Positions 17,672 to 27,394 of a stretch of DNA of 64,000 nucleotides are shown in pieces. The position numbers were made by a program, and so were the translations under genes. The stretch is from a virus: the IMG/VR virus record IMGVR_UViG_3300026487_000004, positions 1-64,000 of that record. The stretch is one strand, 5' to 3'. The notes below the pieces were generated by a model. That model was not told the origin of the DNA. It ran no database searches and was given only the letters and a program-made list of their open reading frames with translations. The first letter of the stretch is position 1. The number at the start of each line of letters is the position of its first letter.

Positions 17672-17922
17672 TACACTTTGCTATAAAGTAATAAATAAGC
17701 GGATTTAACATCACTTTTATATCTTTCCATATTCAGGTTATCTTTATCAAAAGAAGCCAGGGTAATGAAGGTATTTGCTTGGGAAAAAGTATCTTTTAAA
17801 CCTTTACTCACACAACACCCTTTTTGAGCATTTAAATCTGAATACATATCAATGGTTGTCGCGAATACATCATCATAATTTAAGTCGGGGTCATTAAAGT
17901 CATATTTTGGATAAGTTGCCAT
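17671..17922 (-). CDS. hypothetical protein
   Basis: 83-aa ORF, 1-nt overlap with the downstream gene. Confidence 0.5.
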   Translation of the reverse strand: MATYPKYDFNDPDLNYDDVFATTIDMYSDLNAQKGCCVSKGLKDTFSQANTFITLASFDKDNLNMERYKSDVKSAYLLLYSKV

Positions 17923-17969
17923 GATTTATATATTTTTTTTATAAAAGTAAATATTAATTTAAACAAATT

Positions 17970-17995
17970 AACCCCGATCAGTTAAGACCGAGGTT
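17970..17995 (-). terminator. hairpin (weak terminator/attenuator) after the 2016-aa gene
   Basis: Minus strand AACCTCGGTC-TTAACT-GATCGGGGTT (two G-U pairs) followed by AATTTGTTT. The U-tract is weak. Confidence 0.4.
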
Positions 17996-18004
17996 GTTAG
18001 CTTT

Positions 18005-21000
18005 TTATTCTTTCTCTTTAGTAGGCTTTTTCTTATTTGAATATTCTTGAACGCCAATACCAAATAAAGATGGAGCTAGTATAGATAAACCCTCTAATGC
18101 AGCATCATCTTTCTTCATGGCATCCCTTAGATCATCCACATACATAGGGTAAAAAGCTAAAATGTCATTAGGGTTAAAATCTCTACCTAATGGGTCTTTC
18201 CCTAACGTAGCAGAAAGCACATAAGATGTGTTAGGCGCAAGCTTATATCTAAAGAAGTCAGTTGTAGATTTAACAGCAAAACTCCCATATTTGTTAGCTT
18301 TTTTAAGCGCTGCCTTGTCTTTGTTTTTACCATACAGCTTAGGATTTGTCCTTTGATACATAGCTTTCATTAGACGATATGCAGTTCTTAAATATGTATT
18401 CATACCACCACTATATATATCGTACCTCTTATCGCCCCATTTAGCCTTTAAAAAGTCTGCATCTTCTGGATCAGTTGAAACAGTAGCACCTGCGGCTACA
18501 GCACCTAACGCTACAGCAGCAGAAAGTGCCACATAACTACCAATATCTTTTAATGCTTCTATCCTTTGTTCTTTAGGCATTTTAATGTAGTAGTTAGGAT
18601 TAAGCATGTTAAACCTCGATGCCATCAGCCTTGTACCATAAAATGTATCACCCATTATCCTTTGCCACTTACTAGCATTCTCACCCTTCTCCATGAAATC
18701 AAGTAAATTACCCCTACCTGTCATATTCATCGTCCACTTAGCTAAAGCAGCGTAATTTTCAGGACTATTCTCATGCGTTATTCCTTGATTTCTAAGCCTC
18801 TCAACTCCTTTTAAGTACAAGTTATACCTAGCTGTATTAATATAGCCAGCAGCAGCCCTGTTTGACGCTAAGAACGGCTCTCTTAAATAAGGTATTTGAT
18901 ACAAGAAACTTGTTCTGTAATCTTCTTCTCTCTTTAAGTTATCCTTACTGTCTATTTCTGAAAATTTCAATCCATCAGCTTTCATATCCAAGAATAAGGG
19001 GTCTTGCTGAATGTTAAACATGATCCGGTCATATTGCTTTTCACTAAACGTTGACTTAAACATATTAGCAAAAGATCTTAATGTTGTAGGAACGTATCTA
19101 GGATTTAAAGTAACAGTCACCGCTTGTCTAAAAGGCATACTAAAGTCAATAGAAGTCTGAATGAGTCTTCTCAATCCTAAAACCTGTTGAAATTTAAGCC
19201 ACGCCTTTGTTATTTTGCTTTGCTGCTCATAAATAGCCTGATCTCTCCTTCTATTTGTCTCTTTCAAAAACTCTATATACTCATCCTGTTTCTTTTGAGT
19301 TTCAGCATCTAATCTTACCCTTCTTGGTTCAGCAGGTTCTAAATCAAAATTGCCTGCCTCTAAATCCTCTTGTAATTGCTTAATCTTATTGGTTAAAGCA
19401 GTTCTACGTGTTTTGAGTGTTCTTTGTTCGGTAATACCTACCTCATCTTCTAATTCCTTTATCTGCTTCCTTAACGCTTCTAATTCCGCGTTACGCCTTA
19501 CTTGCTTAACAGGGTCAGTAGGGACTTTACCATTCTCTAAATCTTCAATCTTCTTAAGAAGTTTAGCTTGCTCTTTTAAATCCCTTACCTGTACAAGAAT
19601 ATCAGTTTTAGTAGGTCTTTTAGCATTATACTGTCCGCTAATCAGATCAATTACATCTTGCTCAGTAATACCATCTATTTCATCCTCTAAATCTTTATGC
19701 ACTCTTTTTACAATATCATCAAGTTTAGATACGCCCTCTTCAACATAACTCTTAACTAACTTAGCTACATCAGGCGCAATAGCAATTAACTCATTTAAAT
19801 AAGGCACAGGAACCGCATTTAACTGCCCTCTAGCCTTCTTTAATTTATCTTTAATACTTTGCTTTAGCTCCGCTCTTTCGCTTGCATAATCAGCGCTAGA
19901 TTTCTTTACAGAAGATTTGTTTTTCTTGCGTTGTTTAGCTAGTTCTAATTCTGCTTGTTGCTTGATAAGTTCATCCTTTGCTTTTTTATAGCCTGCCTCA
20001 TAAGCCTGTTTTGCCTCTTGACCTTTTTCGTATTTAGATTTTAAGTCATCAATAATATTTTGAGGTAGTTCATCTACACCATAATGTACTGCTTCTGCTT
20101 GCAAGAAGTTAGCAAGGTTGTCTTCTGTCGCTTCTAATCCTGCTATTGCTTGTAGAGATGAACCTACTCTACTTGTAGCTATATCAACATTTCTTAATAA
20201 ATCTGCGCGTTCAGCAATCCTTTCTGACGTTGGGTTCTTAGCAATGGAAGCAGCTAAAGAGTTTTCATAAATCTTTAATATTTCGAACTCTTGTCTACTC
20301 GGAACGAAATCTTCACTGGCTTTAATTTTACCTATAAGTTCTTTTACGTTGTAACCGTCTTTAATGGCCTTCTCCGCTCTAGTTCTTCTTTGTTCATTAG
20401 ATTGGCTTTGTTTTTCATAAGCCTCAACTCCCATGCTTTCTCGTGCTTTAGCTGTAGCTTCCTGAGTTATACCTGTTGTATTACTTTCTTTCTCATTTTG
20501 AGTTTCTTGAACGCTACTATCATTCTCTTTAATTATTTTTTCCACAGCCTCAACAAGTTTTGGATTATTACCATCTTTTTTTGCTTTGTGATATGCTTCT
20601 GATATTCTATTTATATTTTTTGTTGTTTCATAAAAAATATCTTTCCCTTTACCGGCCCTAATATTAGGTATGGTTCTAAAAATAACATCAAAGGCTTCTT
20701 TAGCTTTATCAAACCTTGCGTCACTAGCTGAGTTTTTATCTTTTATATAACCAAACATTTTGGCTATAAATTCTATAACCTTATCCAAAAAACCAGACTC
20801 ATAAATAGGGGCGCTATATCTAAATTCAGGATTAGTGAATATTTCAGCTATGAACTCCTCTGGCTTACTAAAACCATAGCTATCGGAAAACATTGAATTT
20901 TTCTTTAATTCCTTATACGTTTTATCAATATAATCCTTAAAATCTCTTTCTATTTTATTACTAGGACTTCTATAAGCGTCTATTGTAAAAGCGTGAGTAA

Positions 21001-24000
21001 ATTCATGCAATATTGTTTTAAATCCTTGCTCGATACCGCTAGTAAAATATAAATTTTTTCTCCCTCTAAATGCACCTACTGATATGTCTATTTTCCCACC
21101 CGCATAAGAACCATTACCAGACACAGCGTTACCGTTTAAATCCCTTGCTAAATCAATTTTAAATTGAATAAATGGGGCTATTTTACTATAATTTTCCAGA
21201 AAAAGCATGGAAACCTTCCTTAAACTTTCCTCTTTTGTTTCTTTATTTATTTTCTGTAAAATTTCTTTTGGATTTGTTATTTTTTGAAGATCTTTTATTT
21301 CCTCTAAAGTTGCCGGAGTATAAACCTGTTTAGCTCTGTCTTTAACAGGTTTTATTATTTCAGATACACTATAATCTGAATCAATAAAATCTGTTAATCC
21401 ATCTAACTTACTTTCATCAATATCGTTTAAATAAGATAATGCCTCAAAAGTTGATTGCACATTTTTTAAGGGTTCCTTTGGATATTTTTTTTTTGTTTTA
21501 TTTGTCTCGTTTAATATAGGCTTAACACTAAGCGATTTAGACTCTTTCCAGGTCTTAAACCTTTCTGAATATGATAAATTAACAATCTGTTCCGGTTCAA
21601 AAGCAATATATTCTGTCTCACCTTTTCTTTTTATAATAGCAGAATCGTAACCTTGCTTCTTAAAATCCTCCATATCCTTTTGGGAAAGATATTCTAACCT
21701 CTCAACCATATCTGCATTTTCCCTTGTGGCCTCTATCTCTAATGGATTTTTGAAGTCCAATTTAGCAGGAACCATTTTGCCATAGTTCTTACCGTATTCG
21801 TCTTTAGCAGCTTCCTCTACAAAATGAATACCCTGCGTATCTGTTTTACCGTTTTTAGCATCACTAAATCCTTTCTCAAAAGTTTTAAAGTCATTATTGG
21901 TGCCATGATACACAACATCCTTTACCTTGCTATCAGGGAATATAGCTTTTGAATAATCGTTAAACTCTTCTTCTGTTCCAACTTCCTTTATTTTACTATC
22001 AGATTCGTATATATTTTTTACGCTTTCTTGTGCTGCTTTTTTGGGGGCTAATTGTTGTTGAGATTTATTGTTAATTTCTATCCACCCAGTTTTATCTGAT
22101 AATATAGCTAGCATACCCCATTGGTTACCTTTGTCGTCAATTATTGACTTTCCATTATAAATACCATTTCGTTCTTTTTCAGAAAAAAACTTAACCTTAT
22201 CTCCTTTTTTTAGTTGAGAATGTAATTTATCAGGATTAGTAAAAGTTTCTCCTTTCCTTACTAATCCACTCCCATCCGAAACGTCTTCAAGATCTTTTAA
22301 CGTAAATCTTTTGTTTAAGACTTCTTCTCCTGTCTTTGCAACTGTTTCTTCTGTCTTAGGTACTTGTTGTTCTGTAACTTGATTTGTTTCTTCATTTGAC
22401 TCTATTTTAGGCTCTGTAACAGCTTCATTTTGTGTATTTGTAGTTTCATTTGTGTTATTGCCTTTGGCTTCTTCTACAGGCTTAATTTGGCTTAATTCAT
22501 TATCTAGTTCTTCCGATTGCTTGGTTAATGTTTTTTTAACACTTTCAGGAACATTTTCATCAGCCAATGCTTCTTGCAGTTTTGCTTTCTCATCTATGAT
22601 CTCTACCACCCGCTCTTTTTGCTTATCATCTAACTTGTCATAAGCTTCATCTACTTTATCAGCTATCTTTTGTGCCTCATCTTGAATCTTTATTTTTTCC
22701 TGAACCAACACTTCTTTAGCTGCCTCAGATATGTTTTCGTTATTTAAAGCGGTATTAATATCATCCAATTTACTTTGGCTTTCTTCAACAACTGATGGTT
22801 TAATGCCTGCTAAGTTTGATATACCCATTGATAGTCCACCCATAAATACACCGCCAATAGCTCCTACAACTCCTGCTTTGTTTATTCTGTTCAGAAAACC
22901 ATCCCATTTAGAGGTTTCACTCGTATCAAAAACAGGCTTTCCGGTTTGTTTATTAACTAAAAGCTCTGCTCCTGCTTGTGCAGCCTCTTGTGAAGCTTCT
23001 GTAGCATATTCAACTAATGAGGCATCTAATAGCCTGGCACCTCCTTTAACGTACTTATTGGTTAAATTAACTATTTCCTTGTCCAAAAATTTACTAAATA
23101 CATCACCTGTAACTTTACCACCTGTTTCTTCACTAGCGTTTCTTAAAGCTCTTTTTGCAATAGCATTTCCAATTATACCCGTTTCGCCTTTAAATATCTT
23201 ATCAAAACTATATTTCTCTAATAATGCCGTTGCAATGCCAACACCTCCGGCAAAAAAGCTTTTTGTAGCTTCATCTAAATTTCTTCCTTCTTCACTTTGG
23301 TTAATTGACTCTATTGCATTATCAAAGCTTTGAGCAAACATAGCACCTGTTCCTAGCCCACCACTAGCAGCAGTCATCAACATTGCTGGTGCAGAATTAA
23401 ACACACCTCCTATTGCAGAAGTTACAGTTTCATTATTATATCGAGCTTCTAGCCCTTTATCTGTTTTAGCGCCTATAGTATCTTTTAAATAAGTTCTTAT
23501 ATCAGGCGCTATTTGCTCCCTATAAAGCTTTGTATTAACAGGAGAAGCATCTAAAACACCTGTATTCATTATAGATGCTCCTTGAACTGCCATATCTCCT
23601 ATACCGCTAGCCACACTGCCAACTCCATCTAAGATTTTATTATAGAGATACGTAGCTCTGTTACCCGCCCTTTCTGAATCAGGAACAGCCTTAGAAATTG
23701 TTTCTTCTGCTTTAGTGCTTTTCCTTACATTCGGGTTAGCTGTATCATATACGTTTTTAATCTGTTTTAAGCGATTTGAGAACGCTATTTCTGCTTCTGT
23801 AGGTTGTTTAGGCTGTAAAGCTTCTGCTTGCTGTTCTTTCGTTAAAACAGCGTCATATCCCGCATTAGGATTAAGTAACGGATATGTTTTATTTAAAGCA
23901 GGAGCAGTAATATTTACGTCTTCTAATTGAGTAGCCCCAATAGTAGGATCTGCTCCTGCAAATTGTGGGATTATGTTATCTTGGAAAGGTTGTGATTGCG

Positions 24001-24055
24001 GTGTAGATATTGTTGATCCACTCTCTAAACCTTGTGAAGAAGGAGCGTTTGGCAC
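18005..24055 (-). CDS. giant virion-associated polyvalent-type protein (ART-like module, HExxH metallopeptidase module, coiled coils, hydrophobic segments)
   Basis: 2016 aa. DVVYHGTNNDFKTFE...GYDSAIIKRKGETEYIAFEPEQIV spans about residues 713-825. ILHEFTHAF has H1017/H1021 (nt 20993-21007). Also Gly/Ala-rich hydrophobic stretches and long K/E coiled coils. The only start candidate after the upstream stop is GTG 24055. Confidence 0.55.
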   Translation of the reverse strand: MPNAPSSQGLESGSTISTPQSQPFQDNIIPQFAGADPTIGATQLEDVNITAPALNKTYPLLNPNAGYDAVLTKEQQAEALQPKQPTEAEIAFSNRLKQIKNVYDTANPNVRKSTKAEETISKAVPDSERAGNRATYLYNKILDGVGSVASGIGDMAVQGASIMNTGVLDASPVNTKLYREQIAPDIRTYLKDTIGAKTDKGLEARYNNETVTSAIGGVFNSAPAMLMTAASGGLGTGAMFAQSFDNAIESINQSEEGRNLDEATKSFFAGGVGIATALLEKYSFDKIFKGETGIIGNAIAKRALRNASEETGGKVTGDVFSKFLDKEIVNLTNKYVKGGARLLDASLVEYATEASQEAAQAGAELLVNKQTGKPVFDTSETSKWDGFLNRINKAGVVGAIGGVFMGGLSMGISNLAGIKPSVVEESQSKLDDINTALNNENISEAAKEVLVQEKIKIQDEAQKIADKVDEAYDKLDDKQKERVVEIIDEKAKLQEALADENVPESVKKTLTKQSEELDNELSQIKPVEEAKGNNTNETTNTQNEAVTEPKIESNEETNQVTEQQVPKTEETVAKTGEEVLNKRFTLKDLEDVSDGSGLVRKGETFTNPDKLHSQLKKGDKVKFFSEKERNGIYNGKSIIDDKGNQWGMLAILSDKTGWIEINNKSQQQLAPKKAAQESVKNIYESDSKIKEVGTEEEFNDYSKAIFPDSKVKDVVYHGTNNDFKTFEKGFSDAKNGKTDTQGIHFVEEAAKDEYGKNYGKMVPAKLDFKNPLEIEATRENADMVERLEYLSQKDMEDFKKQGYDSAIIKRKGETEYIAFEPEQIVNLSYSERFKTWKESKSLSVKPILNETNKTKKKYPKEPLKNVQSTFEALSYLNDIDESKLDGLTDFIDSDYSVSEIIKPVKDRAKQVYTPATLEEIKDLQKITNPKEILQKINKETKEESLRKVSMLFLENYSKIAPFIQFKIDLARDLNGNAVSGNGSYAGGKIDISVGAFRGRKNLYFTSGIEQGFKTILHEFTHAFTIDAYRSPSNKIERDFKDYIDKTYKELKKNSMFSDSYGFSKPEEFIAEIFTNPEFRYSAPIYESGFLDKVIEFIAKMFGYIKDKNSASDARFDKAKEAFDVIFRTIPNIRAGKGKDIFYETTKNINRISEAYHKAKKDGNNPKLVEAVEKIIKENDSSVQETQNEKESNTTGITQEATAKARESMGVEAYEKQSQSNEQRRTRAEKAIKDGYNVKELIGKIKASEDFVPSRQEFEILKIYENSLAASIAKNPTSERIAERADLLRNVDIATSRVGSSLQAIAGLEATEDNLANFLQAEAVHYGVDELPQNIIDDLKSKYEKGQEAKQAYEAGYKKAKDELIKQQAELELAKQRKKNKSSVKKSSADYASERAELKQSIKDKLKKARGQLNAVPVPYLNELIAIAPDVAKLVKSYVEEGVSKLDDIVKRVHKDLEDEIDGITEQDVIDLISGQYNAKRPTKTDILVQVRDLKEQAKLLKKIEDLENGKVPTDPVKQVRRNAELEALRKQIKELEDEVGITEQRTLKTRRTALTNKIKQLQEDLEAGNFDLEPAEPRRVRLDAETQKKQDEYIEFLKETNRRRDQAIYEQQSKITKAWLKFQQVLGLRRLIQTSIDFSMPFRQAVTVTLNPRYVPTTLRSFANMFKSTFSEKQYDRIMFNIQQDPLFLDMKADGLKFSEIDSKDNLKREEDYRTSFLYQIPYLREPFLASNRAAAGYINTARYNLYLKGVERLRNQGITHENSPENYAALAKWTMNMTGRGNLLDFMEKGENASKWQRIMGDTFYGTRLMASRFNMLNPNYYIKMPKEQRIEALKDIGSYVALSAAVALGAVAAGATVSTDPEDADFLKAKWGDKRYDIYSGGMNTYLRTAYRLMKAMYQRTNPKLYGKNKDKAALKKANKYGSFAVKSTTDFFRYKLAPNTSYVLSATLGKDPLGRDFNPNDILAFYPMYVDDLRDAMKKDDAALEGLSILAPSLFGIGVQEYSNKKKPTKEKE

Positions 24056-24296
24056 CCCCGTATTTTTTAAAAGCCCCGAAGTTGTCGGAGCTGAACGTAT
24101 TAAAATCTTTAGTAGTAAGCTGATTTTCCTTCATAAAGTTATACAGCTCCTTTTGCTTTTCAGCACTAGAGTAGTCCTTATTGAAAGTAGCCTCATCTTT
24201 AGTAGTAAGGTTATTGTCTTTTAAGAATTTGTAGATAGATGGTTTTGGTTGTGGGTCATCTTGAACTACTGTTTCATCTATAATTTCTTCTGCCAT
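23976..24296 (-). CDS. hypothetical protein with internal duplication
   Basis: 106 aa. FLKDNNLTTKDEATFNKDY and FMKENQLTTKDFNTFSSDNF are internal repeats. The last 80 nt overlap the giant gene. Confidence 0.45.
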   Translation of the reverse strand: MAEEIIDETVVQDDPQPKPSIYKFLKDNNLTTKDEATFNKDYSSAEKQKELYNFMKENQLTTKDFNTFSSDNFGAFKKYGGAKRSFFTRFREWINNIYTAITTFPR

Positions 24297-24298
24297 TA

Positions 24299-25825
24299 TT
24301 AAAATCCTCCTTTAGGAACGTTTTTAAATTTATTTGTTGATTTTGGTAATTCTTTAACCTTACCGCTTGCCTGATTCGTTCTAATCTGGCTTTCTTTCAG
24401 CCCTAATGAACCTCCTGTTACATCTTTTAAGAAAGAATTTAATTTACTTCTTTCTGTATCCTCGTTATTGGCATTAATAGTAATACTCCTTGATGGAGAA
24501 ATTTCGTTACCCTCCGCATCTATTTTAGGCGCTACAGTAATTTTTATTTTACCACTTGGTTTACCATCTACTGTAAATTTCTCCACATGGTATGGCTTAG
24601 TTTGTTTAGCATCACTACCAGGCAAGCTCCAATCTTTAGAATAACCTTTGCCATCTAGGATACCTCCTAATTGTTCTCCTGTACCTACGCCTTCTTTTTC
24701 TCCTCTAGCACCAGCAAAAAGCTTATCCATGAATCGATTTGTATAATAGATATCGTCATCCTCTTGGTTTCCCGACATAGCGTTTGATAATCTATTTTCT
24801 CTTCTCCTAGTTAATTCTAGTCGTTCTCTTTTCATTGCTTGATCTTCTGCTCTATAGTCAGGTAATATAGAACTCATTTGTTTAACCTTTGGTAATACTT
24901 GGTTGAGGTCTGAGTCTATTTGATTATTCCACTTTCTTTTTGCCTCGTATAAGTTATCAGCCTGTGAATTTATATATTGATCCTCATCAGTAATTCCTTG
25001 TGAAGCTAGTTGCTGCCTCAACACAGGATTCCCCTTATAATTCTTAGATAAATCTTTTTTAATGCTTTCTTTCGTATTAGGCAAACTTTCTAAGTCTTGA
25101 ATAGTTAATCCTTGATTACCTGTAAGTTCATTAACCCATCTTGCTGTATTCGGGTCATTACCATACCCCGAAACTATAGCTTGTCTTGTTTCTTGCGGTA
25201 ATGCTTTAACACTTTTTATTTTTCTATTACCAACAACCATCTCGTTACCAATTTGAGCAGGAGTAATCTTACTAAGTACAGTATTAGGATTAAACCTCTC
25301 AACTAAATTAGGAATGCTTTGATTTTTTGCTTGTGAATAAGGTGTATTGATAAGTTTGTTTAAGTCCTCTATTTCTTTAGTATAGTATTTCCCTTCGCTT
25401 CCTTTTAAAAGGTCAAACCTTTTCTTAATTTCTGATTCTGCAAGTTTCCTATTAGCTAAATCTTGTTCCAATGCAGCCCTTTCTAAGTTGTATTCTTGTG
25501 AAATCTGATTTGCTTGTGGATTAGGATTATACGAGTAAGGGTCAATACCCATAGATTTAAGTTGCATTCCTTTTTTTAAATGCTCTTGAACCCTTTGGTC
25601 AAACTCTGGTTGCCAATACAATCCTCCATCAACTTTTAGTGCGTTCTTTTGCCAATCTTGAGCTAAACGTTGTGCTTGTTGAAGTTGTAATGCTTGATTC
25701 TGCTTATCGATTTGTTGATTGTAATCAATTGTATTTAACAACCTGTTAGCAGATTGACTATTGCCTAATACGAAGGCTTCTCCTGTCCCTGCCTGTCCAA
25801 GAGGCACACTATTATAATCTGCCAT
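24299..25825 (-). CDS. hypothetical virion-module protein
   Basis: 508-aa Q/N-rich ORF inside the co-oriented structural block. Confidence 0.5.
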   Translation of the reverse strand: MADYNSVPLGQAGTGEAFVLGNSQSANRLLNTIDYNQQIDKQNQALQLQQAQRLAQDWQKNALKVDGGLYWQPEFDQRVQEHLKKGMQLKSMGIDPYSYNPNPQANQISQEYNLERAALEQDLANRKLAESEIKKRFDLLKGSEGKYYTKEIEDLNKLINTPYSQAKNQSIPNLVERFNPNTVLSKITPAQIGNEMVVGNRKIKSVKALPQETRQAIVSGYGNDPNTARWVNELTGNQGLTIQDLESLPNTKESIKKDLSKNYKGNPVLRQQLASQGITDEDQYINSQADNLYEAKRKWNNQIDSDLNQVLPKVKQMSSILPDYRAEDQAMKRERLELTRRRENRLSNAMSGNQEDDDIYYTNRFMDKLFAGARGEKEGVGTGEQLGGILDGKGYSKDWSLPGSDAKQTKPYHVEKFTVDGKPSGKIKITVAPKIDAEGNEISPSRSITINANNEDTERSKLNSFLKDVTGGSLGLKESQIRTNQASGKVKELPKSTNKFKNVPKGGF

Positions 25826-26493
25826 TATGCACCTCCGTTATTACGCCCCATAATATTTAAGTATTCTTGCCATTGTTTTATTTGTTGTGGAGTTGCTTGA
25901 CTAGGATCAATAAGAGATTTTTTTGGATTTAAATACGAACCTAATACAGAACCAGCGGTATCAATAGCACCATATAAGTTTTCAGCAGAACCTTGATTTA
26001 AAGCCGCTTTTTCTCTTAATTGCGCATCGTATTGTGATCTATCATAAGCATTTTTATTCTGATACTCTTGACCTGCTTGAGCATTGGCATTTAGAGATTG
26101 TAATAAAGCCTGATCTTTTCCTTGAGCTTGTTGAACTGCTAAGTTATTTAACTGTTGCCCTCCTCCATAAGCTAATTTGGTAGCCAAATCTAATACATCT
26201 CCTCCTGTAGTTGCTCCTTGAATACCGTTATTAAATGCCGTGGATTGATTCTGTTGAATATTATTAAGTGCAGCATTATACTCTGGCATAACATAATTAC
26301 CATATCTATCAGACAGAGTTCTTGCATTATTGATTACCCCCGAATTAACAGCATAGCCTGGATTAACAGGATTTATTTTGTTTGCTTTGTTTTTTTGACC
26401 AATTCCCTGTGCAAACTTGAATGCAGTAGATAATAATCCTGCGCCTGTTCCAAGAAGACCGCCATATTTACCTAAAAATGTTTCTTCTGCCAT
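25825..26493 (-). CDS. hypothetical virion-module protein (G/Q/N/A-rich)
   Basis: 222-aa ORF, 1-nt overlap coupling. Confidence 0.5.
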   Translation of the reverse strand: MAEETFLGKYGGLLGTGAGLLSTAFKFAQGIGQKNKANKINPVNPGYAVNSGVINNARTLSDRYGNYVMPEYNAALNNIQQNQSTAFNNGIQGATTGGDVLDLATKLAYGGGQQLNNLAVQQAQGKDQALLQSLNANAQAGQEYQNKNAYDRSQYDAQLREKAALNQGSAENLYGAIDTAGSVLGSYLNPKKSLIDPSQATPQQIKQWQEYLNIMGRNNGGA

Positions 26494-26494
26494 A

Positions 26495-27394
26495 TTAATA
26501 TGTGTAATTTTTAATAGCTGTTGTTATATCTATTGACTGTAACCTTACCTCTGACGTCTCATCACATTCAATCTCAATTCTCATTACATTACCTTGTAAA
26601 ACTGCTCCTTTCAATAAAGCGTCTAGTTCACTATTAAATCTAGGATCTTCCATATCTCTTAAAAAATCAGCAAACTTGTCACCTTGTAAGTCTTTAAATC
26701 TGCCTTTCTTCAATCTACTTCTCTGTCCATTAATCTTTCCATCTGTAGGCATGATATAAGCTTCTATAATAGACCATATTTTATTTGACTTCTCCCGTAT
26801 ACTAAAGAACTGCTTTATAGTTGTTGGATTCAAATTTACATAAAAAATAATCTTACTTGTATACTGTACTCCATAGAAGTTATTTCTTAACTCATTTGAA
26901 TGATGTAACCACAATCTTCCATTCTTAAAAGTAAAGAAGTCGTTGATAAATTTCAACATAAAATCAGGATTAAAAGAATAATATGTTATCCATCTATTTG
27001 ACTTTTCATCAAACTGTAATGTTACCCCTGTTTCTTCTGCCGTTTCAGTATAAATCTCAAATATCTGTGCTGATAAATTACCATCAGAATAAAGATATAT
27101 TACATCTCCTTCTTGTGGTGTAATAACATCTGTTTTAACCCCATTAGAACTGTTTACAGAACCTAACGTATTACCGACCATTAATTGTATTGTTCCGCTT
27201 GAATAATTGCTTACAACGTATTTAAATGTATTAGGCACCCCAACAACATATGGTATAGCGTTTAGCTTTATTAAACCTGAATTACAGGCGCTATGAGTAG
27301 CAACACCACCTGATATACTCCACCCATTATCTGTGTAATCTTCTCTTAAATCTATTTCGATGCTCCCACCTACTGTTAACGTATATGATCCCAT
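26495..27394 (-). CDS. hypothetical virion-module protein
   Basis: 299-aa ORF directly after the 1492-aa gene. Confidence 0.5.
   Translation of the reverse strand: MGSYTLTVGGSIEIDLREDYTDNGWSISGGVATHSACNSGLIKLNAIPYVVGVPNTFKYVVSNYSSGTIQLMVGNTLGSVNSSNGVKTDVITPQEGDVIYLYSDGNLSAQIFEIYTETAEETGVTLQFDEKSNRWITYYSFNPDFMLKFINDFFTFKNGRLWLHHSNELRNNFYGVQYTSKIIFYVNLNPTTIKQFFSIREKSNKIWSIIEAYIMPTDGKINGQRSRLKKGRFKDLQGDKFADFLRDMEDPRFNSELDALLKGAVLQGNVMRIEIECDETSEVRLQSIDITTAIKNYTY

Noticed and set aside
19350-23930. Several plus-strand ORFs (19350..19748, 20291..20602, 22452..22643, 22731..23333, 23715..23930) within the 2016-aa gene.
   Set aside because: All are antisense shadows of the long coiled-coil ORF. 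Their composition is S/L/F/C-rich, with no independent start context or coupling.
18005-24055. Interpreting the 2016-aa protein as a simple tape-measure protein.
   Set aside because: It carries enzyme-like modules (ART-like and HExxH). No tail tube, sheath or chaperone-frameshift genes flank it. It is kept as a polyvalent/ejection-type protein pending profile searches.
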